NCBI GenBank assembly: GCA_965223265.1
Contig: OZ244999.1
Span: forward strand, 6,848,001 to 6,912,000
DNA: 64,000 nucleotides
Direction of reading: 5' to 3'
Source of the DNA: Planctomycetota bacterium
GTDB lineage: Bacteria; Planctomycetota; UBA8108; SXIK01
Shown: positions 57,457-64,000 of the stretch, piece after piece
How the letters are laid out: the number at the start of each line of letters is the position of its first letter
Position numbering within the stretch: position 1 is the first letter of the stretch
Position numbers and translations under genes: made by a program
The notes under the pieces: generated by a model
What the model was told of the DNA's origin: nothing
Seen by the model: the letters and a program-made list of their open reading frames with translations, nothing else
Database searches by the model: none

Positions 57457-59087
57457 GCCTTCGTCTCCCTACCGCTCTCTTTTTGGATATCGTCTTCACG
57501 ACAGTGGCGCGGAACACGAAACGTAATCACCGCGCCTCCATCGGGGTTATTGCAAGCGAGGATATCTCCACCGTGTGCCGAGACGATCTCCTTACAGATC
57601 GCCAAGCCAAGCCCAGTGCCACCCGCGCCATCGGTCGTGCGACTGCTTTGACTGAACGCCTCGAAGACACTCTTCAGCTCCCCGTCCGGAATCCCGATCC
57701 CAGTGTCGGAGACACAAACTTCAAGCAGCTCCGACTCCTTCTCGCCAGACACACCTGTTGATCGCAGTTCGAGCGAAATCGTTCCGCCTTCTGGCGTAAA
57801 CTTGACCGCGTTTGAGAGCAAGTTACGAACGACCTGCCCGATCCGAAAAGCGTCGAACTCGGCCGACGTGTCAACTCCATCTTCGCATCTGTACTGAAGA
57901 TCGATGCTCTTTTCCGATGTCGCCGCAATGATCTTGCTACGCTCTGCCTTCAACACACTGGCGAGGTCATGCGGCTGAAAGTTGTAAGTCATCTTTCCCG
58001 CCCCCAACTTGGAGAGATCCAACAGGTCATCGAGAAGCACTTTCAAGTTTTGAGCGCTTTCGTGGATCTCCCGGAAATACTTCTCGAGCTTCGCCGTCTG
58101 CGCGTGCCTGACCTTCTTAAAACCGAAATTCGAATAGCTGATGATTCCGTGAAGCGGGGTCCGCAGCTCATGAGAGATGTTGGCCAAAAAGACACTCTTC
58201 GCCTTGTTAGCTCGTTCCGCTTCATCCTTGGCGATCAGTAGCTCGGCCGTGCGCTCTTCGACCTGATGTTCGAGCGACTCTGAATAACCCTGTAGTTTCT
58301 GGTAGGCTTCGGATAGCTCGAGGGCCATGGAGTCGAACGCTTCGTAGAGCGTCGCGATCTCTTCGGTTCCTCCATCGACTTTGTGTACCGCAAAGTTGCC
58401 TTGCGCCAGTTCGTTCGCCGAGCGGATCAGATTCGAGATGGGGCGCGAGATGGCCTTGGCGAGCCAGGCGGCGGCGAGAGTACCTCCTGCCAGCACGATC
58501 AGACCTGCCCACAACATCGTGCGTATGTTCGCCTTGGCTTCCTGTCGCACGATAGAGAGCGGCAACTCAGTGCGAAGCGAACCCACGGGCACGTCGTCAA
58601 CCACGATCGAAGCGGTGACGAAGACAAGCGCATCAGCATCGGACCCAGTGTTCTTGCGCACGCTCGTTGACAGTGGCGGCGACAAGAGTTCGGAAATCAT
58701 GAGACCTTCCCGCGCGCCCTCCGAATCGGCAAGAACTTTCCCAGCGCGATCGGTGACGACCGCACGAAGAATCTGAGGATCTTTGTCAACGAGACGGTCA
58801 ATCGACTGCCTCAAAGCGCTGCGGTCATTGGCAGCAAGCGGTTGCGCGCAGAAGAGGGCAGTCGTTTCAGTCATCATGACGCCGTGGCTCACGAGCTTGC
58901 CTTCGAGAAGCCGGTAGTGCGAGTAAATCGTCAACGCCGCCGGAACGAGTACGCCGACGCAAACGACGATCCAGACAAGCGTGGCGACACGCGAAAACAG
59001 CGTTCTGTAAGGCAGAAATCTCACAATTCGACGCCCGGAACCATGACTCAACCAGCCCACGGCTGTGATGTGTGATCCGAAAGACAC
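57447..59087 (-). CDS. HAMP-domain membrane sensor histidine kinase
   Basis: Two TMs, HAMP (EIATLYEAFDSM), FLANISHELRTPL, NLLSNAVKFT, DTGIGI and GGTGLGLAI. Confidence 0.93.
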   Translation of the reverse strand: MSFGSHITAVGWLSHGSGRRIVRFLPYRTLFSRVATLVWIVVCVGVLVPAALTIYSHYRLLEGKLVSHGVMMTETTALFCAQPLAANDRSALRQSIDRLVDKDPQILRAVVTDRAGKVLADSEGAREGLMISELLSPPLSTSVRKNTGSDADALVFVTASIVVDDVPVGSLRTELPLSIVRQEAKANIRTMLWAGLIVLAGGTLAAAWLAKAISRPISNLIRSANELAQGNFAVHKVDGGTEEIATLYEAFDSMALELSEAYQKLQGYSESLEHQVEERTAELLIAKDEAERANKAKSVFLANISHELRTPLHGIISYSNFGFKKVRHAQTAKLEKYFREIHESAQNLKVLLDDLLDLSKLGAGKMTYNFQPHDLASVLKAERSKIIAATSEKSIDLQYRCEDGVDTSAEFDAFRIGQVVRNLLSNAVKFTPEGGTISLELRSTGVSGEKESELLEVCVSDTGIGIPDGELKSVFEAFSQSSRTTDGAGGTGLGLAICKEIVSAHGGDILACNNPDGGAVITFRVPRHCREDDIQKESGRETKAWA

Positions 59088-59334
59088 GATCGCAAAGACG
59101 CACTCGCCGCGTCGAATGACGCTGGTGAGCGAAAGCCATGGCCCCCACCCTCGATATCGAGCGTCTCGGCCCCAGACTTCACGCCAGCGTCAGCTGGAGG
59201 AAGAATAGCCGCTGTGTGGCCGATAACGGTGCTCTGCGCGGCGCTGGGGCAAGCCGCGATGTAGACGCGGCGATGTTCTCGGAGGTTGTCGCGGATGCCG
59301 AGACTCTGAGCGAGTCATCGGCTAATCCAGTCGC

Positions 59335-60693
59335 TCAGTGCTGCTCACTCCCACCTGTGCCGCCAACGCAGTACACGTGCCCAGACGTTCGGATGTACAG
59401 CCGGCCGTGTGCGATGGCTGCCGGCGCGTAGATCGGCTCGGCGAGCTCGCTGCGCCCCACCTCTGCGTAGTCCTGCTTCGTAGCGTCGACGACAACCGTC
59501 ACCCCCGTCTCGTTCATGAAGTAGACGCGGCCACCCGCGGCTACCGGCGGCGCTGTGTACTGACCGGGAAGGCGATGCTGCCAGACGCGATCCCCCGAAT
59601 GCGCGTCGAGACAGGTTGCGATGCCCTTGTCGTCGATGAGGTAGTATCGATCGCCAACCACGATGGCAGACGGCACGAACGGCACACCGCGCGAGCTCGT
59701 CCACTCAACGCGCGAATCGGTGACGTCGCCACTGCCACCTGGACGGATCGCCAGAGTACTGCCGCCCGGCCCACTGACGGCGTAGAGAATCCCATGGGCA
59801 AAAACCGGCGTTGGGATGCACTCGCGCTGCATGCCCGCGACGGTCCAAAGAAACTCGCCGCTCGCTGGAGCGAACGCATCGACCTTCTTCGAGCTACAGA
59901 CGATGAGCTCGTCGCGCTGGCCACCGTCACGGTCAACAGAGATGAGCTGAGGCGACGCCCACGAATGCCAGGTTTCCGGTCGCTCGACACGCCAGCGGTT
60001 GACACCCGTCGTCTTGTCGAGTGCGATCAGGTAGGAGTCACCGTAGTGATCGCACTGAACGATGACGAGATCTTGATAGAGGAGCGGTGAGCTCGACGCC
60101 GCGAAACGGTTCTCGAACACGCCGTACTCCCTCGCGAGAGAGCGCTGCCAAAGCGGCCCACCGTCCCGATCCACGGCGAAGACGTCACCGGTACCAAAAA
60201 AAGCGAAAACCGCCTCGCCGTCTGTCACGGGTGTCGGCGTCGCCATGGTGCTCTTCTGACCGTGGCAGCGCGTTGGCGACGTGCCCCAGAAACGCCGATG
60301 CCACAGTTCCGACCCGTCCCGCGCTGAAAGAGCGACCACGTGAAGATCGCGAAAACGTGGGCCTGATGAGCCCGTGAGATAGAGACGATCGCCCCAGACG
60401 ACCACCCCCGAGACGCCGCGACCGACGACCGCTCTCTTCCAGGCGATGCCTTCGTCTTCGGACCAGCGCTGCGGCAAAGACGCCTCGCGACTGACGCCGT
60501 TTCGCCCCGGACCGCGCCACCCTGGCCAGTTTTCAGCCAAAACGACGTTGCTCGTTCCCGCGGCGACAGCCCAGGCGAACAACGCGAGGCGAATACTCGG
60601 CGCCTCGAGACACACGAAGCGGGCAAGACGAGCTACACTCCTCGTCCCCCCGCGTCGATCCCTTCCGATCCATCGTTCGCCGGCGCGTGTCAT
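59335..60693 (-). CDS. PQQ-binding-like beta-propeller protein
   Basis: ENWPGWRGP, ATPTPVTDG, ASSSPLLY and SWASP. ATG 60693 overlaps the upstream stop (ATGA). Confidence 0.86.
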   Translation of the reverse strand: MTRAGERWIGRDRRGGTRSVARLARFVCLEAPSIRLALFAWAVAAGTSNVVLAENWPGWRGPGRNGVSREASLPQRWSEDEGIAWKRAVVGRGVSGVVVWGDRLYLTGSSGPRFRDLHVVALSARDGSELWHRRFWGTSPTRCHGQKSTMATPTPVTDGEAVFAFFGTGDVFAVDRDGGPLWQRSLAREYGVFENRFAASSSPLLYQDLVIVQCDHYGDSYLIALDKTTGVNRWRVERPETWHSWASPQLISVDRDGGQRDELIVCSSKKVDAFAPASGEFLWTVAGMQRECIPTPVFAHGILYAVSGPGGSTLAIRPGGSGDVTDSRVEWTSSRGVPFVPSAIVVGDRYYLIDDKGIATCLDAHSGDRVWQHRLPGQYTAPPVAAGGRVYFMNETGVTVVVDATKQDYAEVGRSELAEPIYAPAAIAHGRLYIRTSGHVYCVGGTGGSEQH

Positions 60694-61928
60694 TTGTTCT
60701 CCACCTCGCGACTCGCGTCCGCCGCGGGAGACGGCAAGAGACTGCGCAACTTCAAGCCGCGGCCACTCGCGTCGCAGATGCGGAGCTCGAACGACCAATT
60801 GTTGCCAACGGCTGGGTTCTTATGCCGTGGACCCTGGCAGATTTTTGCCAGCAGCGTGTTCTTGCCTTTCTTGAGTCGCACACGCTGGCGGAAGCGGTCA
60901 GAGCGAATGCCATTGAGCCATTGCTCGCTACCTGTCACGTACGTACCGTTGAGCCAAATCTTACAGTTGTCATCGGCGCCGCAGCGAATCTCAGCATCTT
61001 GTTCGCGGGGCGAGTCGAGCTCCGCGTACGCATACCCGACAGCTTCGCTGCACGAGGCGATCGCTTGCAGTAGGTTCATCTGCCCGAAGCGGTTCTTCTC
61101 CTCGTAGAGCTTCCAACCGATTTCGACACCTCCTTGGCCAGCGTAGGAAGCGTTCAAGTCGATGCGTGATTCAGGTGGAAAGGTCTGTGCATAGCCAGTG
61201 GTCTCGGGCGCGTTGAACGGCCCGATGAGATGCCAGCGGACGACGTAGCCCATCTGATCGATAAGGTTAACGCGGACGCCAAGTTTTTCGAGCGCGGTCG
61301 CTGCTTCGTCCCACTGCCCTCGATCGCGCGCCTTTTCGAACGCCGCCTCGAACTGCTCGCGAGCACGTTCGGCGTCGCCGCCCTCTTGAGAGCGCCGCGC
61401 TGCAGCCAAAAGCTCAGCAACCGCATCCTTTCGAAAGGCGTCGTCCTCGTAGCGGCTACTGAGAAACTTCGCGCGGAATCCGGGCTCGCGCTCTTCGAGA
61501 AGATCTGCGACGAGGCGGCGCACTCGACCGCCGTAGCGGGTGTCACGCGCAAACTCCTTCAGATACGCGATTGGAAGCCGCGGATTCTCACGCCCCAGCT
61601 CTCGCGCCAACACATCGTCGTAAGCGCTCCGCAGCCAGTTCGCGACGACGGGCGACGCCGTCCCCATAGCCTCGAGGAGTGAGGGCAAAGCGCTGCTGTC
61701 AGCTTTCGCTAGTGCGTCGCGCGCAGCGCGCACCGCCGAGCCAGCACCTTGAGCGCCAAGCTCTTGAATCGTCTCGATGTGGCGGGCGACGTCGGCAGCG
61801 CTGTCGGCAAACGCTGCACTGGGGCTGACGACGAGGCACCACACGAGTAGGCCGCATCCAAAGGTGCCCGCCACGGCGAAGCGTCGCACTTCGGTCCCCG
61901 CATAACCTGATATCAGTTTCGGTAACAC
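60690..61928 (-). CDS. Hypothetical exported protein (helical N-terminus, beta-sandwich C-terminus)
   Basis: Signal peptide, WHLIGPF, VGYAYAEL, GADDNCKIWLNG and LKKGKNTLLAKICQ; translationally coupled to the propeller gene. Confidence 0.7.
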   Translation of the reverse strand: MLPKLISGYAGTEVRRFAVAGTFGCGLLVWCLVVSPSAAFADSAADVARHIETIQELGAQGAGSAVRAARDALAKADSSALPSLLEAMGTASPVVANWLRSAYDDVLARELGRENPRLPIAYLKEFARDTRYGGRVRRLVADLLEEREPGFRAKFLSSRYEDDAFRKDAVAELLAAARRSQEGGDAERAREQFEAAFEKARDRGQWDEAATALEKLGVRVNLIDQMGYVVRWHLIGPFNAPETTGYAQTFPPESRIDLNASYAGQGGVEIGWKLYEEKNRFGQMNLLQAIASCSEAVGYAYAELDSPREQDAEIRCGADDNCKIWLNGTYVTGSEQWLNGIRSDRFRQRVRLKKGKNTLLAKICQGPRHKNPAVGNNWSFELRICDASGRGLKLRSLLPSPAADASREVENK

Positions 61929-62082
61929 GATTCGTGATCGTCTCGCGAGAGCGGCGGCCTCCGATCGGTCGCATCGGAGACGGTGTCATTCAGGAAGGAC
62001 AGAATCAGGTCTTCAGCGTAGCAAGAAACCTCAGCGAAGGCGATGGAACGTCGCGTGATGAATTCAACGAACCGCCCGCGAG

Positions 62083-63534
62083 TCACTCCGGCCAGCGCTC
62101 GACGACCACCTTCGGTTGTGTGTAGAACTCAACGGCATGCTTCCCCTGCGCGTGCAAGTCGCCGAAGAAGCTGTCCTTCCAGCCGCTGAAGGGATAGAAC
62201 GCCATGGGCGCCGCCACGCCGACGTTGATGCCGACGTTGCCGGCGGTGACCTCGCTGCGAAACTTCCGCGCCGCGCGGCCGCTCGACGTGAAGAGGCACG
62301 CCATGTTGCCGTAGCCCTGTGTGTTGATCAATTCGATCGCCTCGTCGAGAGTCGCGACCGAAATCAAACCAAGAACCGGTCCAAAGACTTCAGTACGACC
62401 GATCTCACTCGACGGATCGACACCGTCGAGGACAGTCGGAAAGACGAAATTCCCGCTCTCGTAGGCTGCGGCCTTCTTGTCGCGGCCGTCAACGATCGGT
62501 CGCGCGCCGCCCGCACATCCGGTTTCGACTAGGTCAAGGATGCGCGCGCGGCTGGGCGGAGAGATCACCGGCCCCATCTCAACACCTTCGTCCCAGCCGT
62601 AGCCGACGCGTCGTTCACTCGCCGCGGCAGCGATTGCCTCCGTGAAGTCCTTGCTGGCCTGGGGTCCGACAGTGATCGAAAGCGAAGAGGCCAGACAACG
62701 CTGCCCCGCACACCCGAAAGCGCTCTCTGCGATGGTCTCGCACGTCACGTCAAGGTCGGCGTCCGGCAGAACGACGACCGGGTTTTTCGCACCGCCTTGG
62801 CACTGCGCCCGCTTCCCCACCGCGGTCGCTCGCGCGTAGACTCTGCGCGCCACAGGCGTCGAGCCGACGAACGAGATGGCGCGCACTTTCGGCGCATCCA
62901 CCAGTACCTCTACCGTCTCTCTCGAGCCGTTGACCAGCTGCACAACGCCACTCGGCAACCCCGTTCGCGCCGCCAGCTCGACGAGCTTAGCGCCGGTGAG
63001 CGGCACTTGCTCGCTCGGCTTGAGGATGAAGGAGTTCCCTGTTGCGATCGCATACGGCAAGAACCAAAGTGGAATCATCGCCGGGAAGTTGAACGGCGTG
63101 ATGGCAGCGACGACACCCAAGGGTTGGCGAAAGAGATGCTCGTCGATGCCAAGCGCGATGTTCTCGTTGTTGTACCCTTGCATCAAAGACGGCGCAGCGC
63201 ATGCTGTCTCGACGTTTTCAATGCCGCGGCGCAGCTCACCGAGTGCTTCAGCGCGTGTCTTGCCACACTCGTCGGTGATGGTTCGCGCCAAGTCATCGAT
63301 GTTCTCTTCGAGCAGCTGCTTGTAGCGAAACAGATACTGAATCCGTTCGCCAACCGGAACGCGACGCCACTCCTCAAAGGCACGCTCGCCTCGTTCGACC
63401 GCGGCGGCAACATCGACGCCCGTCGAGCAATGAGTCGTCGCGATGATCTGCTGAGTCGCAGGGTTCATCACCTCCACGACTTCGCCGTGCGCGCCGCGCC
63501 ATTCACCGCCAACGTAGTTCTCGATCGTTTGCAT
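62083..63534 (-). CDS. mmsA: CoA-acylating methylmalonate-semialdehyde dehydrogenase
   Basis: ITPFNFPAMIPLW, KPSEQVP, ISFVGST, GGAKN, AFGCAGQRC, EVFGPV and FSGWKDSFFGDLH. Confidence 0.93.
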   Translation of the reverse strand: MQTIENYVGGEWRGAHGEVVEVMNPATQQIIATTHCSTGVDVAAAVERGERAFEEWRRVPVGERIQYLFRYKQLLEENIDDLARTITDECGKTRAEALGELRRGIENVETACAAPSLMQGYNNENIALGIDEHLFRQPLGVVAAITPFNFPAMIPLWFLPYAIATGNSFILKPSEQVPLTGAKLVELAARTGLPSGVVQLVNGSRETVEVLVDAPKVRAISFVGSTPVARRVYARATAVGKRAQCQGGAKNPVVVLPDADLDVTCETIAESAFGCAGQRCLASSLSITVGPQASKDFTEAIAAAASERRVGYGWDEGVEMGPVISPPSRARILDLVETGCAGGARPIVDGRDKKAAAYESGNFVFPTVLDGVDPSSEIGRTEVFGPVLGLISVATLDEAIELINTQGYGNMACLFTSSGRAARKFRSEVTAGNVGINVGVAAPMAFYPFSGWKDSFFGDLHAQGKHAVEFYTQPKVVVERWPE

Positions 63535-63660
63535 GATCTTCTTGTTTTAGAGCCTAGCGCGATGAAGCTCGCCACCTCGCCAACATCGCGGTCGGGCGAC
63601 GAACCCCCAAGTGCAAGGGACACGCAACCAAATCGTCCGCCTTCGTCTCAGCGCAAGGGC

Positions 63661-64000
63661 TCAAAGCAGCTCTCGGATGGGCTCGCCACCCTCTTGGACG
63701 ATAAAGTGCGGGCGGCCGCGATGGTCGAGGTACGTCGCGTCGAGCGGCACACCCATGTGATGGTAGATCGTTGCAGCGAGATCCGCGGGTGTCACTGGAC
63801 GCTCCTTGATGTGACCGGCGTCGCGTTCCGTCGCGCCGATGACTTGGCCGTGACGAAAACCACCGCCAGCAAGGGTTATGGCACTGACGTTCGGCCAGTG
63901 ATTCCGCCCGTCGGTGCTGCCCTGAGTTCCGATCCTCGGCGTGCGCCCGAACTCTCCCATGGCGATGACGAGCACATCGTCGAGGAGTCCGCGCTCCTCC
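63661..64000 (-). CDS. DUF1501 family protein, C-terminal part (runs off the window)
   Basis: LVIAMGEFGRTPRI, GRNHWP, GQVIGAT and PADLAATIYH. Confidence 0.88.
   Translation of the reverse strand, partial: EERGLLDDVLVIAMGEFGRTPRIGTQGSTDGRNHWPNVSAITLAGGGFRHGQVIGATERDAGHIKERPVTPADLAATIYHHMGVPLDATYLDHRGRPHFIVQEGGEPIRELL

Noticed and set aside
1-64000. tRNA, rRNA, integrase, RAYT or defence genes
   Set aside because: None were recognised by eye; covariance-model and HMM searches would be needed to exclude small RNAs.

Overview
GC-rich bacterial DNA, almost certainly a planctomycete, judged from three DUF1501 paralogs, a DUF1549/DUF1553 protein, PQQ-like propellers, GTAG-type REPs and a dockerin-like secreted protein. 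From left to right it contains: two Kelch-propeller lipoproteins around a HEAT-repeat protein; a partial type II secretion/type IV pilus assembly operon (GspK, unknown gene, PilM/GspL-like, GspM-like); nadB, hflX and a DnaJ-class chaperone. Next is a ~16 kb block (17.0-33.0 kb) bounded on both sides by hexamer-periodic tracts plus the same GTAG REP. It holds an IS1634 inserted in the left REP (11-bp TIRs, TTTAGC target duplication, 557-bp tandem duplication of one end) and a catabolic cluster of a TRAP transporter, three family I CoA-transferase alpha/beta pairs, a ThDP enzyme and an FGGY kinase. It ends in a 7-unit REP array with variable-length (CGCACT)n spacers. The rest is typical planctomycete content: DUF1501/DUF1553, hydrolases, two Nramp-like transporters, an M3 peptidase, a TAXI protein, a sulfotransferase, DUF5916, a GluR0-like channel, two kinases and mmsA. 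The best candidate for an undescribed system is the CoA-transferase cluster. Two of its three beta subunits lack the catalytic Glu and share an insertion, and their partner alpha subunits carry a Glu at the IpdA-like position, which points to repurposed, non-transferase chemistry in an unknown pathway. All functional calls come from motif recognition by eye; no searches were run.
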